Shown here: positions 30,159-41,645 of the stretch, piece after piece
Layout: each line of letters starts with the position of its first letter
Numbering within the stretch: the first letter of the stretch is position 1
Origin: Nitrospirota bacterium
GTDB taxonomy: Bacteria; Nitrospirota; UBA9217
DNA length: 64,000 nt
Assembly (NCBI GenBank): GCA_963796285.1
Contig: CAWCKW010000012.1
Coordinates: 1,568,001-1,632,000, forward strand
Reading direction: 5' to 3'
The notes under the pieces: generated by a model
Seen by the model: only the letters and a program-made list of their open reading frames with translations
The model's database searches: none
Told to the model about the DNA's origin: nothing
Program-made: the position numbers and the translations under genes

Positions 30159-32633
30159 TCACACCACCACATTCACCAGTTTGCCTTGGACCACGATCAC
30201 CTTTTTCGGCGGATTGCCGGCGGTAAATTCCCTGACCTTCGGGTCCGCGAGCGCTGCTGTTTCAGCATCCTTATCGGAGCTCCCCGCAGGCAGCGTGAGT
30301 TTGCTTCTGACCTTACCGTTCACCTGCACCACGATGACGACCTCCGTTGCCACGATCGCGCCGGGATCATACTGCGGCCAGGCTGCGTTCGCGATCGTGC
30401 CCTTCCCTCCGAGCGACACCCAGAGCTCCTCGGCAAAATGCGGCGCAAAGGGGGCGATGAGCAGCATGAGCGCGTCGATGGCGGCTCGAACTACCGGAAG
30501 CCTGTCATCGGTCATGCCGCTCGACGTATAATCGTACATCTCGTTCACCATTTCCATGAGTGCCGCGATCGCCGTATTGAAATGGAACTCCCGCTCGATA
30601 TCCTCGGTCACCTTTTTGATGGTCAGGTGGGTCTTGCGGTACAGTCTATCGCCACGCGCCTCTGAGCCGGCAGGCTTGAGATTCCGAACAGCATCGCAGT
30701 GTTTGAAGACGATCGCCCAGACACGGTGCAGGAACCGGTACGCGCCGTCCACACCCTGGTCGCTCCATTCGAGGTCACGCTCCGGCGGAGCGGCAAAGAG
30801 CGAGAACAGCCGGGCAGTATCTGCGCCGTACTTCGTAAGGATGAAATCCGGGTCCACCACATTGCCCTTGGACTTGCTCATCTTGGCGCCGTCCTTGATC
30901 ACCATGCCCTGGGTCAGGAGATTTATGAACGGCTCGTCCCCGTCAAAGAGGCCAAGGTCGCGGATCACCTTGGTAAAGAACCGCGCGTAGAGCAGGTGGA
31001 GCACGGCGTGCTCGATGCCCCCGATGTACTGGTCCACGCTCATCCAGTACCCGGCCGCCTTTTTGTCAAAGGGCGCCTTGTCCTCTTTCGGAGAGCAATA
31101 GCGCAGAAAATACCAGGACGAGTCCACGAACGTGTCCATGGTGTCCGTCTCGCGCCAGGCCGCGCCCCGGCACTTCGGACAGGTGGTTTCACGGAAGGAC
31201 TTCGACTCCACAAGGGGTGAACGCCCCTTGCCCGTGAATTCCACATCCATCGGCAATTTGACCGGCAGCTGTTCAACGGGTACCGGGACGGTCCCGCACG
31301 TGTCGCAGTAAATGATCGGGATCGGCGTGCCCCAGTAGCGCTGGCGCGAGATGCCCCAGTCGCGAAGCCTCCAATTGACCGTTCGCTTGCCGAGCCTGTC
31401 CGATTCCACATGATCGGCGATCTTTTCTTTTGCAGCACTGTTCGTGAGTCCGTCGAAGGTACCTGAGTTCGCCATGGTCCCGTCCTCGGTGTAGGCCTGT
31501 TTCATCGTTTCAGCGACGAGATCGTTTTCGGGGCTCTGGATCACGATCCTGATCGACATGCCGTACTTCTTCGCGAACTCGAAGTCCCGCTGGTCGTGCG
31601 CAGGCACGGACATGATCGCGCCGGTGCCGTATTCCATGAGCACGAAGTTGCCGACCCAGATCGGGACCTTTTCGTTGTTCAGGGGGTTGATCGCATAGGC
31701 GCCGGTCAAGATGCCCTCTTTTTCCTGCTTCTCGTCGGTGCGGCTGGCCTTGTCCTCGCTCATCACGCGCTGGCAAAAATCGCGGACGTCATCAGCCTGC
31801 GCCTTCCCTTTGATAAGCGATTCGAGCATGGGATGTTCGGGCGCGATGCTCATGAAGGTCACGCCAAAAAGCGTGTCCGGGCGGGTGGTGAAGATCGTCA
31901 GTTTTTCTCCCGTTCCTTCAATGAGGAAGTCCACTTCCACGCCCGTGGACTTGCCGATCCAGTTCCGCTGCATCGTGAGCACACGCTCGGGCCAGCCCGG
32001 CAGCTTGTCGCAGTAGGATAAAAGCTCTTCCGCATACTGCGTGATCTTGAAGAACCATTGCTCCAGCTCCTTGTGCGTGACCACGGTACTGCAACGCCAG
32101 CAGAGACCGTCCTCCACCTGCTCGTTCGCAAGCACGGTATTGCACGACGGGCACCAGTTCACATACGAACGCTTTTTGTACGCCAGGCCCCGCTCATACA
32201 TCTTGACGAACAGCCATTGGTTCCAGCGATAGTACTCCTCTAGACAGGTTGCCACCTCGCGGTCCCAGTCGTAGGACAGGCCGAGACGCTTGAGCTGCTT
32301 ATCCCGCATGAAAGCGATGTTCTCGAGGGTCCATTTCTGGGGATGCGTGCCGTGCTTGATGGCCGCGTTCTCCGCGGGGAGACCGAAGGAATCCCAGCCC
32401 ATAGGGTGAAGCACGTTGAACCCGCGCATCCTCTTGTAACGGGAGATCACATCGCCGATGGCGTAGTTCCGCACATGCCCCATATGGATCCTGCCCGATG
32501 GATACGGGAACATCTCAAGACAATAGTACTTGGGCTTCGAGGCGTCCTCGGTGACCGTGAAGGTTTTATTGTCCTGCCAGAAGCGCTGCCACCGTTCTTC
32601 GACATTATGAAAATCGTACCGTTCTTCCAACAA
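30159..32633 (-). CDS. leuS: Leucyl-tRNA synthetase
   Basis: [31 protein letters not shown]. Confidence 0.99.
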   Translation of the reverse strand: MLEERYDFHNVEERWQRFWQDNKTFTVTEDASKPKYYCLEMFPYPSGRIHMGHVRNYAIGDVISRYKRMRGFNVLHPMGWDSFGLPAENAAIKHGTHPQKWTLENIAFMRDKQLKRLGLSYDWDREVATCLEEYYRWNQWLFVKMYERGLAYKKRSYVNWCPSCNTVLANEQVEDGLCWRCSTVVTHKELEQWFFKITQYAEELLSYCDKLPGWPERVLTMQRNWIGKSTGVEVDFLIEGTGEKLTIFTTRPDTLFGVTFMSIAPEHPMLESLIKGKAQADDVRDFCQRVMSEDKASRTDEKQEKEGILTGAYAINPLNNEKVPIWVGNFVLMEYGTGAIMSVPAHDQRDFEFAKKYGMSIRIVIQSPENDLVAETMKQAYTEDGTMANSGTFDGLTNSAAKEKIADHVESDRLGKRTVNWRLRDWGISRQRYWGTPIPIIYCDTCGTVPVPVEQLPVKLPMDVEFTGKGRSPLVESKSFRETTCPKCRGAAWRETDTMDTFVDSSWYFLRYCSPKEDKAPFDKKAAGYWMSVDQYIGGIEHAVLHLLYARFFTKVIRDLGLFDGDEPFINLLTQGMVIKDGAKMSKSKGNVVDPDFILTKYGADTARLFSLFAAPPERDLEWSDQGVDGAYRFLHRVWAIVFKHCDAVRNLKPAGSEARGDRLYRKTHLTIKKVTEDIEREFHFNTAIAALMEMVNEMYDYTSSGMTDDRLPVVRAAIDALMLLIAPFAPHFAEELWVSLGGKGTIANAAWPQYDPGAIVATEVVIVVQVNGKVRSKLTLPAGSSDKDAETAALADPKVREFTAGNPPKKVIVVQGKLVNVVV

Positions 32634-32706
32634 ATCCTCCTGCGTGATTATCGTGAGATACCGGCAAGAAACAACCAGGCATACACCTTGCGTTCATCAC
32701 TGTTTG

Positions 32707-33381
32707 CTACTGTTTTGGTTGTGTTTTGACAAAGTGCTCGATAATGACGAGAGACTTTGTATCGCAGTCCATGAATTTCACACCGTACCGACGTCTCACC
32801 GACATGGTCTCCTCGATACGTTTGACCATACAGGACACCGTGATTTCACTGCGGCCGATATTAAATGCACAGGTCATCCGCTCGCCCAGCTTGAGCACAT
32901 GGTCGGTTTCCAGCAGCATTCCGGAGATGCTGATATTCTGAGACTGGGCAACAAAGGGGGCGTCCCCCTCCAGGCCTTTTATGGACACGCGCAGTAATGC
33001 CCGCATGTCCTTCCGTTGCGGGACAACAAGCAACTCGGATGCTTTCCACAGAAGCTCGCCGGGGTCCGCCGGCTTTCGAATGACGACGTTGGCACCCGCT
33101 TTTCGGCATTCTGACGGGGAGGGCTCGGTTTCACCACAAACGAGAATGATCGATACGGATTTCAACTCAGTGTCGCTCCGAATCAGGGAACAGAGCCTGG
33201 CGCCGCCCATCAAAGGCAAGGTGGCGTCGGCGATAATGAGGTCCGCTCGTTCGACGCCGTGAAGGTTGAGTATTTCCTCGGTTGACCACGCCGGAATGAA
33301 CGTGATGCCGCTCCTTTTAAAGATCGTGTTGCTTCCCTCCAGGTCATGCAAGAGGCTCTGGTCTATTATGATTTTTTTCAT
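32707..33381 (-). CDS. Receiver domain plus PilZ domain protein
   Basis: REC-like N-terminus (DLIIAD, RKP); PilZ motifs QRKDMR and NISISG; alternative start at 33435. Confidence 0.85.
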   Translation of the reverse strand: MKKIIIDQSLLHDLEGSNTIFKRSGITFIPAWSTEEILNLHGVERADLIIADATLPLMGGARLCSLIRSDTELKSVSIILVCGETEPSPSECRKAGANVVIRKPADPGELLWKASELLVVPQRKDMRALLRVSIKGLEGDAPFVAQSQNISISGMLLETDHVLKLGERMTCAFNIGRSEITVSCMVKRIEETMSVRRRYGVKFMDCDTKSLVIIEHFVKTQPKQ

Positions 33382-33490
33382 ACCACGAAGAGCCCCTGCG
33401 TCGAATGAACGCTGAAGCATCAGGGATCGAGCCATCCCAAGGGTGGTTGTTGTGAACAGCGAGCATATTTAAGACAATCCGTACATAGCG

Positions 33491-34027
33491 CTAATCTCTA
33501 AGCCACCCCGGGTAGGCATCGGCCTTCCGCGCCTCTTCGGGAAGCTCAACCTCAAGCTCATGCTTTTTTCTGGCAACGTCCTTTTCGAGCGTTGCTTTCT
33601 TCTTCTCCCGGCTGGACCGGGATTTCTTTATTTTGCTGCTGTTCCTGGAAGTCAACTTCTTAGGCTTATTTTCATCTTCCCGTTCCTGTTTCAGGACGAG
33701 ATCATATTTGTCCTGTAATTCCGCCAGCTCTTTTCTGAGTTTCGCCGCCCTTGTGCGCCAGTGTTCCTCTCCCTTTCCATACTTGTCTTTGTGGTCTTTA
33801 AGGGAGGCTGATGGCATCCTGGTCGAAGCGGTCTTCTCTCCAACGCTGACCCGGCGTTCGTCTGGTTTCACAGCTGCGGCGTTGTTCCGGTACTCCTGCG
33901 GCACCTGTTCCCGATCGTTGGTAAAGGATTCCTTCCCTTCCCTATCAACCCAGCGATAGAACTCAGCCCGGGCAACCGAAGCGGACAGGAACAGCAGGCA
34001 CACGGTCAGAACGGCACATTTTCGCAT
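33491..34027 (-). CDS. DUF4124 family exported protein
   Basis: Signal peptide; FYRWVDREG..FT; coiled coil; ARKA...PGWLR end. Confidence 0.85.
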   Translation of the reverse strand: MRKCAVLTVCLLFLSASVARAEFYRWVDREGKESFTNDREQVPQEYRNNAAAVKPDERRVSVGEKTASTRMPSASLKDHKDKYGKGEEHWRTRAAKLRKELAELQDKYDLVLKQEREDENKPKKLTSRNSSKIKKSRSSREKKKATLEKDVARKKHELEVELPEEARKADAYPGWLRD

Positions 34028-34223
34028 GGAGACCTCCTCTCGAATAATTCAGAAAATAACACAAATACCGGGGCTTCGCAAGGTTTTTTCTTGTGCTGCT
34101 GAGAGCAAAAGTGCTATAGTGCGCTGCGACAATCCTAAAACGTAAAATTCTGATCTCTGAACAGAATGGGACCATATTCTTCAGGAATTTAGATATTAGA
34201 ATTGAGAAACCGTATGCATAATC

Positions 34224-35585
34224 ATGCCTAAACCAGTTGTCGCCATAGTCGGCCGTCCGAACGTCGGTAAATCCACCCTTTTCAACCGAATCATCGGCAG
34301 GAACTTTGCCGTCGTCGATAACTTGCCCGGCGTGACCAGGGACCGGAACTACGCTGAGGCAGAGTGGATGGGGAAACACTTCCTCCTCGTGGACACCGGA
34401 GGGTTCGAGCCCGAGACCGAGGACATCATGTTCACAAAGATGCGCGAGCAGACCACCCTCGCCGTGGAGGAAGCGGATCTCATCATCTTCCTCATGGACG
34501 GCAAAGAGGGGCTGCTTCCGGCGGATATCGAGGTATCGCAGCGCCTCAGGGCCTCGGGCAAACCCGTGCTCTACGCCTTGAACAAGGTGGACGGGGAGCG
34601 TCACGAAGGGCTCATCCCGGACTTTTATCGCCTCGGCATCGATACCCTCTATCCCATTTCCGCGCAGCACGGGCAGGGATTTTCCGACCTTATGGATGCG
34701 CTCTGCAATCACCTGCCGGACACGCCTCCGAAATCTGAAGAAAAACAAGTCGTGGAGATTCCAAGGATCGCCATCATTGGAAGGCCAAACGTAGGAAAAT
34801 CGTCTTTCGTAAATGCCCTCATGGGTGAAGACCGGATGATCGTGAGTCCTGTTGCAGGTACGACCAGAGACGCAGTAGACAGCGTCTATACGTATTACGG
34901 AAAACAGTATGTCCTCGTTGATACGGCCGGCATCCGGAGCCGTGGCAAGATCAGCCACGGAGTGGAAAAGTACAGCGTCATGCGCGCCATGAAGGGCATT
35001 GAGCGTGCGGACATAGCGCTAGTACTGATCGACGCTTCCGAGGGAATCACCGAGCAGGATGAGCGAATAGTGGGGCTGGCGCATGAGGCCGGTAAGGGCA
35101 TCATCCTCGTCCTGAACAAATGGGACCTGGTCCCTGATAAGGAAGAGGGGTACAAACGCTTCATGGCGAATGTCCAGCAGCGGCTCAAGTTCGCTGATTA
35201 CGCCTCGGTGATCACCATCTCGGCAATCACCCGCCAGCGCATCACCAAGGTCTTTGAAGAGATCGACAAATTGATGCAGGAGATCCAGCGTCGCGTGTCC
35301 ACTGCCGAGCTCAACAGGGTCTTTTCGCAGCTCGTTGCACGCCATGAGCCGCCGCTTTACCGCGCCAAACGCGTAAAATATTACTATGCCACTCAGGTGG
35401 GGATCAAGCCGCCGACATTCGTTGTGTTTGTGAACTACCCGTCAGGCGTACACTTCTCGTACATCCGCTATATAGAGAACAACCTTCGCCAGGCCTTCGG
35501 GTTCCACGGTACGCCCGTGAGGATCTTCGCAAAAAGCCGGAGAGAGGAACAGCCTCGCGGCAGGAGCAAAAACCTAAAAAAATAA
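34224..35585 (+). CDS. der: Ribosome biogenesis GTPase Der (EngA)
   Basis: Two GRPNVGKS G-domains; DTGG/DTAG; NKVD/NKWD; KH-like C-terminus. Confidence 0.98.
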   Translation: MPKPVVAIVGRPNVGKSTLFNRIIGRNFAVVDNLPGVTRDRNYAEAEWMGKHFLLVDTGGFEPETEDIMFTKMREQTTLAVEEADLIIFLMDGKEGLLPADIEVSQRLRASGKPVLYALNKVDGERHEGLIPDFYRLGIDTLYPISAQHGQGFSDLMDALCNHLPDTPPKSEEKQVVEIPRIAIIGRPNVGKSSFVNALMGEDRMIVSPVAGTTRDAVDSVYTYYGKQYVLVDTAGIRSRGKISHGVEKYSVMRAMKGIERADIALVLIDASEGITEQDERIVGLAHEAGKGIILVLNKWDLVPDKEEGYKRFMANVQQRLKFADYASVITISAITRQRITKVFEEIDKLMQEIQRRVSTAELNRVFSQLVARHEPPLYRAKRVKYYYATQVGIKPPTFVVFVNYPSGVHFSYIRYIENNLRQAFGFHGTPVRIFAKSRREEQPRGRSKNLKK

Positions 35586-35586
35586 G

Positions 35587-35616
35587 TTGACTTTTCCGGT
35601 CAATACGGGGTATGAT
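35587..35616 (+). promoter_or_regulatory. Sigma70-like promoter for csp-RRM-rpsU
   Basis: TTGACT-N18-TATGAT. Confidence 0.45.
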
Positions 35617-35742
35617 CGACAAAATAGGGAAAATAAGAGATGCGAGTTTTTGTTAATTGTCGGCTGCAAAAACTACCTTTTAAGTTTGCAGTCTTTTTTT
35701 TGTGCAAAAAGACTCGGCCACGGGTCAATCAAGGAGGATCAG

Positions 35743-35943
35743 ATGTCAAACGGTTTAGTAAAATGGTTTAACGATGCAAAGGGTTTTGGTTTCATCACCA
35801 CCGAAGAAGGCAGTGATGTGTTCGTCCACTTCTCAGCGATTCAAGGTGATGGCTTCAGGTCCTTGTCGGAAGGAGATGCGGTCAGTTTCGATGTTGAAAA
35901 AGGGGCCAAAGGTCTCCAGGCGGTGAATGTCGTAAAACAATAA
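35743..35943 (+). CDS. Cold-shock protein (CspA family)
   Basis: AAGGAGG RBS; [22 protein letters not shown]. Confidence 0.97.
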   Translation: MSNGLVKWFNDAKGFGFITTEEGSDVFVHFSAIQGDGFRSLSEGDAVSFDVEKGAKGLQAVNVVKQ

Positions 35944-36029
35944 GAATTCACAGATCTCCGCTTTTTTAGAGAGCTGTCATGATGTATTCTTGCAACCTTT
36001 TTTGATTTAACAATAACACTGGAGGTAAC

Positions 36030-36383
36030 ATGGCTAAGAAGCTCTATGTCGGCAACCTGTCTTACAATATTTCTGAAGAAGAGCTCAAGAATGTCTTTAC
36101 TCCTATTGGAGAAGTGCAGTCGTGTAAGATCATTACCGATGCAGCTACCGGCCGTTCGAAGGGATTCGGCTTCATTGAAATGGCAAATGATGAGGATGCG
36201 GACAAGGCCATTGCGACCCTGAACGGAACAACTGTTATGGACCGCGCGCTGAACGTGAGCGAGGCGCGGCCTCAGACTGAACGGGCCGGTGGACGTGGCG
36301 GCAGACCCGGTGGCGGCGGAAGGGGTGGATTCGACCGTGGCGGCTCCAGCGGCGGTGGAAGGAATAAAAATTCTTGGAGATAA
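36030..36383 (+). CDS. RRM RNA-binding protein with Gly/Arg-rich tail
   Basis: RNP2 LYVGNL; RNP1 KGFGFIEM; RGG tail. Confidence 0.95.
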   Translation: MAKKLYVGNLSYNISEEELKNVFTPIGEVQSCKIITDAATGRSKGFGFIEMANDEDADKAIATLNGTTVMDRALNVSEARPQTERAGGRGGRPGGGGRGGFDRGGSSGGGRNKNSWR

Positions 36384-36574
36384 GAGTTGACGACAAAAAT
36401 ATTGAGAAGGCGATCAGGCTTCTCAAACGGAAGATGCAGAACGACGGCCTTTTCAGGGAACTGAAAAACAGACGTTTTTATGAAAAGCCTTCCTTAAAAA
36501 AGAAACGGAAGCGGATTGAAGCACAGAAGAGGAAGCAGAAGAGCCTGAGAAACAGCAGGCAGAGCAGGGCGTAG
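36374..36574 (+). CDS. rpsU: 30S ribosomal protein S21
   Basis: IEKAIRLLKRK, RRFYEKPS; TTG start overlapping the RRM gene. Confidence 0.93.
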   Translation: MEIRVDDKNIEKAIRLLKRKMQNDGLFRELKNRRFYEKPSLKKKRKRIEAQKRKQKSLRNSRQSRA

Positions 36575-36601
36575 CATCGATTAGGGTCATACAATTTAAT
36601 T

Positions 36602-36660
36602 GCCGGAGATAAAGATTTGCCGTTAAGGGTTCCAAGGCCTATCCTCTCCGGTTTTTTATT
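36602..36660 (+). terminator. Terminator after rpsU
   Basis: CCGGAGA / TCTCCGG followed by TTTTTT. Confidence 0.6.
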
Positions 36661-36983
36661 TCTACCATATATTAATCTTCATTTTGTTCCCATCGCTACG
36701 TCAGCCATCATAAGGTTATGACGGACCTTCGCATTATTTTTTTAAAGTTATTTTCCCCCCTCTTATCAGCGCCTCTACTTTCTTTTTCATCGAACTCATT
36801 TCTTTATAATAAATCTACTATCTTGGTTTTGAGAACTGCTTGCTTTTGAGGAGTATGCCACAATTGCAGATAATAAAATAATTTATATTCTCGACAGATG
36901 TTCGTATCGTTGACCGTAAATGAGCAAATGGCGCTTCTTATCAGTTTCAGGCACCCCGGCACAGCTCCGCATTTCTTTGTTAA

Positions 36984-37016
36984 TAAAACAAGCGGGGCAA
37001 TTGTGGCGCCCCGCTT
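36984..37016 (-). terminator. Terminator of the pil operon
   Basis: AAGCGGGGC / GCCCCGCTT followed by GTTTT on the minus strand. Confidence 0.75.
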
Positions 37017-37070
37017 AAATAAAAAGCATGCTTACTTACAACATGACAATATTAGTCAAGGTCCAAAATA

Positions 37071-37640
37071 TTAGGGACAAACTGACCCATCCGCCGGACA
37101 GCCTTTCACAGTTATATCAGCAGTTACCTCAAGTGATGCTGCTCCTGAAACAGCGCTAATTGCTGCCGACACATATGTGTTATCCGTCCCTGCTGCTGTT
37201 GTACCTGTCGCCGCGCTTGATAAAGGCAGGGCGTATGTGGTCCAATATGTTGTAACCGTGCCGTTATCACCCGTAGTTGCTATTAGTTGGTCTCCGATAA
37301 TCTTAGTGGTGTAGCTATGATTAGTCCACCAGATGCCGTTTGTTGTTAAAACTAAACACACATTATTCCTTGGATTTCCAGCTGAATCCTTCACAGTAAA
37401 CACAGGATCCTGAACACACCCTTCTCCATTTAATGCTAACGAACTTCCTGCAAACACAAAACTATCCCAACCACAAATTCCTGTACTGGATATTGTGTCC
37501 GTCGCATTCGCCAGAAATGACCCCGACGGGCATCCAGCACTTTCAGCCTCTTTCCTGCCGCAACCGTTAAACAGCACAGTCGATGCCAACAAACCCATCA
37601 GAACCAGTGCCGATGTCGTTCTTCTCATAATTTTCATCAA
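37071..37640 (-). CDS. Hypothetical Cys-rich, beta-rich lipoprotein downstream of pilQ
   Basis: GGAGG RBS; FNGC lipobox; VKDSAGNP and TGDNGTV Ig-like motifs; visibly AT-richer third codon positions. Confidence 0.75.
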   Translation of the reverse strand: MMKIMRRTTSALVLMGLLASTVLFNGCGRKEAESAGCPSGSFLANATDTISSTGICGWDSFVFAGSSLALNGEGCVQDPVFTVKDSAGNPRNNVCLVLTTNGIWWTNHSYTTKIIGDQLIATTGDNGTVTTYWTTYALPLSSAATGTTAAGTDNTYVSAAISAVSGAASLEVTADITVKGCPADGSVCP

Positions 37641-37661
37641 TGACCTCCGTACCTTTTATTT

Positions 37662-39962
37662 CTAGATCACTTCCTGCCTTATCACTCTCGGCGTTATGAA
37701 AATGATCAATTCCTTCTTATTCTCGCTAGTAGTCTTGCTCTTAAATAACCATCCTATGAGGGGAAGGTCCCCGAAGAACGGGACCTTGGTGAATGACTGT
37801 GATCGGTCCACGACAAGAATACCGCCAATCACAGCGGTCTCTCCATCGGCCAGGAGAATCTCCGTTGTGGCCTCATTTTTCGCAATGGATGGCTGTCCCG
37901 AAGCACCCAGGAGCGATGTATCGGGAGCATTTTTCGTCGCTTGAATTTTCATGAAGATCTTATTGTCCGGTGTCGCATGAGGAGTGACAATGAGCGAGAG
38001 TTTGGCGTCGATGAACTGTATCTGCGTCCCCGATGCTGATGTTGTTGAGAAGGGGATGGAACTCCCCTGTTCGATCTTGGCTTCCTTGTTGTCCAGCGCG
38101 CTTACCCTCGGGGTGGAGATCACCTTGCCTTCTCCTGTTGATTCAAGCGCGGACAGGACAAGGTCGAGATTCAGGGATTTGCTAAGAGAGCCGAACGTAA
38201 AACCTATGGCTCCACCGCCCGTGCCGGCGCCGGCTGGTGCCGGCATGTTCACAAAGTAGTTGCCCGAGCCAGAAGCCGTGGTGCCCATGGTCGGACCGCC
38301 GGTAATCCCTACTGAATTGGGGAATGAAATTCCTAACGGGTTGCCGTGCGAAGCATCCGAACTTGACGTACCGCCCCATTGCACGCCAAGGCTCCGGCTG
38401 AAAGTTAGTGAGGCTTCAACAATCCTTGCCTCTATCATGATTTGGGCTATGGGCTTGTCCAGCAGTTTGATAAGAGATACCACTTCATCAACGTTTCGCG
38501 CGAGATCCTTGATAATAAGAGTATTCGTTCTGGTATCCGTTACGGTTTCACCGCGAAGAGAGAGCGATTTTTTTATCGTCGGCTCGATTTCCCCCGCCTT
38601 GGCATAATTAACCGGAACGATCCGTGTTATCAGGTCTTCCGCCTTCTTTTTTGCTTCCTTTGACCGCATCTCATCTTCAGCTTCTTTGGTAAGCGCACTC
38701 ACTGAGGCAATGCGAAGAACGTTGTCCTCAAGCACATAGCCAAGACCATTCATCTTGAGAATTATATCCATAGCCTGGTCCCAAGGAATGTTGACCATGC
38801 GGACGGTAACTCTGCCTTTCACCTCGGGTGAAAGAATGATATTCAAGTTGGCAACCTCTGCAAAAAGACGCATCACATTGATCAGATCCGCATCCTGAAG
38901 ATCAAGTGATATTTTTCTGCCAGTGTATTTTTTCCCGTTGCCCAGTAAAGTAGTATCCGATAACCTAAGTTCCTTTTTCCCGGCTTCCACCTCTTCCTTT
39001 TTACCCGCGGGCGAAACTACGGATGCGGCCTCTTGAGGAGCAGGGACCTCTTTTTCCATGGTTGATACCTTTTCCGGTTCCTGCGCTGCCGTACGCTCCT
39101 GCGGGCGTTTCTCTTCGAGCTTCGCCACGGTGGTCGGTGCCATTGCAATAATCAACGTATTGCCTTCCGGGGTAACCGTATACTCAAGCGGCTTTGTAAG
39201 GTCTAATACCACGCGGACTTTATCCGAGTGCTGAGCAACACGAACCCTGGCAAGTCCACCCTTACGAACGGGAACGACACTCGGCCTTACCATGTTCTTC
39301 GCTCCGGGAATATCGACGACCAGCCTGTTGTCTTTAAGCATAAATACATTCGGCGACATGGTCCCGTTGCCCAATATGACTACCCTGACACCTTCTTTAT
39401 TCGCAGAGGATTGGACGGCGGACACCACCGTTGCCGTATTCTTTTGCTCCGGTTGAGGCACCTGCTCCTGCTTGGGTTGCTCCTGCTGCGGAGGTGCAGG
39501 AGCAGCCGCTTCTGGCGCGGCCTTGGCTTCCTCAACCGGCTTAGCCAGCTCTATCATAAGCTTGCCACCCGACTGATATACCTTGGTGTCAACGGCCTGT
39601 GAAAGCGCGACCTCCAGGCGGGCAATCGTGTCCTTTTGGCTGGGCGTGATATCAACAACAGCCCCGTTATTCACGTTAATCTTTGATTGGAATTTACTGA
39701 TATCCGCATCAGAAATGTCAACCACCAGCCTGAGCGGTTCGGTAAGTTGGAATGATGTATACTGCAGAATAGGCTCGGTCCCCTCAATAACTATCTCGGT
39801 CTTCCCGTCGACGTCGCTGGTGTCAATTTTATTGAGAAGCACCTGCGTCCCCTGCTGTTTCCCAGACTCCGGTGCTTTTGCACCGCACCCGGTGAAGAGC
39901 ACGGTTCCGAGAGAGATGAGAAAAATCAACCAATATGCTTTCGGCGGTTGAACGTACTTCAT
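37662..39962 (-). CDS. pilQ: Type IV pilus secretin PilQ
   Basis: Lipobox; two AMIN domains; YTGRKISLDLQDAD; secretin KVPFFGDLPLIGWLF and ELIIFITP. Confidence 0.97.
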   Translation of the reverse strand: MKYVQPPKAYWLIFLISLGTVLFTGCGAKAPESGKQQGTQVLLNKIDTSDVDGKTEIVIEGTEPILQYTSFQLTEPLRLVVDISDADISKFQSKINVNNGAVVDITPSQKDTIARLEVALSQAVDTKVYQSGGKLMIELAKPVEEAKAAPEAAAPAPPQQEQPKQEQVPQPEQKNTATVVSAVQSSANKEGVRVVILGNGTMSPNVFMLKDNRLVVDIPGAKNMVRPSVVPVRKGGLARVRVAQHSDKVRVVLDLTKPLEYTVTPEGNTLIIAMAPTTVAKLEEKRPQERTAAQEPEKVSTMEKEVPAPQEAASVVSPAGKKEEVEAGKKELRLSDTTLLGNGKKYTGRKISLDLQDADLINVMRLFAEVANLNIILSPEVKGRVTVRMVNIPWDQAMDIILKMNGLGYVLEDNVLRIASVSALTKEAEDEMRSKEAKKKAEDLITRIVPVNYAKAGEIEPTIKKSLSLRGETVTDTRTNTLIIKDLARNVDEVVSLIKLLDKPIAQIMIEARIVEASLTFSRSLGVQWGGTSSSDASHGNPLGISFPNSVGITGGPTMGTTASGSGNYFVNMPAPAGAGTGGGAIGFTFGSLSKSLNLDLVLSALESTGEGKVISTPRVSALDNKEAKIEQGSSIPFSTTSASGTQIQFIDAKLSLIVTPHATPDNKIFMKIQATKNAPDTSLLGASGQPSIAKNEATTEILLADGETAVIGGILVVDRSQSFTKVPFFGDLPLIGWLFKSKTTSENKKELIIFITPRVIRQEVI

Positions 39963-40517
39963 TGCATCCCCTCCTGTTTATTCCGGAGCTCAAGTACAAT
40001 CTCTTTTCGATTCGATTCGCCCGAAATGGTTTTGAATTTTTCTTCGATTACCATGGTATACTGTGTTATCTTTTTCACAATGCCCTTGTTTTGACCTATA
40101 ATCGTTCCAACATGCACAAAATACCCCTTTCCATCGGGGCCCTCAACCATTGCACTATATCCAAAGCCGCCCCACACAATGCCGGACAGCTTAAACTCAT
40201 ATATATTATACCGCTCTAGCGGCGGACGCTCTCCAGTCAATGCCTTCTGATCTTCCTTCACGATAAGCGGAGCGAAGGGATCTCTCTTCCCCGCTGGATT
40301 ATAGGAAAAATTGGCCTGAGATTTATCGCTCCGTCACCGTCGGTGTTATCTGGGTAATCATCTGTTGCTTCGCTTTTGCAGAAGTGGGTGCTTTCGCCTG
40401 AGGCAAGTTCCCCGAATCGGAACAGCCGGTGATTACCACAACGGTAATCAAGGAAAGCATCGACGTGAACCCGGCGAGCACTCTGTTAAATTGTTTTTTT
40501 CTGTGTCGCTGCATCAA
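39959..40517 (-). CDS. pilP: PilP lipoprotein, frameshift near 40328
   Basis: ITGC lipobox; YNPAGKRDPF, PPLERY and AMVEGPDGKGY in the second frame. Confidence 0.9.
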
Positions 40518-41100
40518 CTTTTTTCTCCAGTGCAGAAAACGTCATTGCCGTACAGTTGATAGTGACTTCCGGACTGCCGTCTTTGTTCATTTTCATGCTG
40601 CCCATTTTTATATTGAGTATATTCACAATCCGCGTCAGTTTCCCAATGCGGTCGAAAAGCAAAGCCGTATTATGATACCCCCCGGTCAACGTAATGGCAA
40701 TGGGAATCTCCTCGTACAGACCGCTTGCGTGCGTCTTTCGCCCACTCGGTTTCCAGGACTTGAGCGTAAGTCCCGACTGATTCACCAGACTCTGTATTTG
40801 CCTGAGCAGGTCGGACACTTCAGACTCAGGAGGGAGCTGTTTGGTAAGGATTACTAGCCGTCCTTCCAGTGACTTCACCTCTGCCCTAAGGTCGTCGAGT
40901 TTTTTTATCTTACTGTCATTCTCGCGTATCTTTTGCTGCAGTCCCGCAAGAGCGGTATCAAGATCCTTGATCCTGGTGTTCATAGGGATTTGATATTGGA
41001 AAATATAAGCGACCAACAGTATAACGATAAAGACACCAAAACCGATCACCCTTGTCTTGGTAGGAATTTTCTGTATTTTATCGATAAGAGTTGCCATCAT
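40486..41100 (-). CDS. pilO: PilO
   Basis: TM; QLPPESEVSDLL, GGYH, LTRIV; operon position. Confidence 0.95.
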   Translation of the reverse strand: MMATLIDKIQKIPTKTRVIGFGVFIVILLVAYIFQYQIPMNTRIKDLDTALAGLQQKIRENDSKIKKLDDLRAEVKSLEGRLVILTKQLPPESEVSDLLRQIQSLVNQSGLTLKSWKPSGRKTHASGLYEEIPIAITLTGGYHNTALLFDRIGKLTRIVNILNIKMGSMKMNKDGSPEVTINCTAMTFSALEKKVDAATQKKTI

Positions 41101-41645
41101 AACCCTTTATAGACAAACTGGAGTTTATATTTGTAAATATCGATTTTATCCTGTGTTGTCTGGCTTGTTTCAAGTAACATGACATCCTTCAATAATGGAG
41201 AGGCCTTCAAGTTATCGATAAACCGGACCACATCCTCATTCGTGAAGGCATCCCCGTCGATGTTTACGCTGTTATTGTTTTCCGAGAGCGATGCGATAAT
41301 GACACCCTTGGGAAGCGCTTTGCTCACCGCATCAAGAAGCAGCACCGGGCCTGCCTGGTTTTTTTTCAGTTTTTCGATAATTTCAATCTTCTCGGAGACC
41401 TTTCTCCGCTCTTCTTCGACATTCTTCACTTCCTTGAGCATATTGTCCTGAGCGGCAATCTGCTTTTCCGTTGCCGCCTTTTCATTCTCAAGCATGGCAA
41501 TTCGGTCGTTTTGCGTCTTCCAATAATATCCCATGGCAATCGCAACCAGAATGAGGATCAGGACTGCAAGGATTACCTGTTGCTGAAGGTCAATGACCTT
41601 CTTCGGAGGCTTCTTTTTAGTAGGCAGAAGATTTATTTTTATCAT
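41097..41645 (-). CDS. pilN: PilN
   Basis: MIKINLLP N-terminus; TM; coiled coil. Confidence 0.95.
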   Translation of the reverse strand: MIKINLLPTKKKPPKKVIDLQQQVILAVLILILVAIAMGYYWKTQNDRIAMLENEKAATEKQIAAQDNMLKEVKNVEEERRKVSEKIEIIEKLKKNQAGPVLLLDAVSKALPKGVIIASLSENNNSVNIDGDAFTNEDVVRFIDNLKASPLLKDVMLLETSQTTQDKIDIYKYKLQFVYKGL

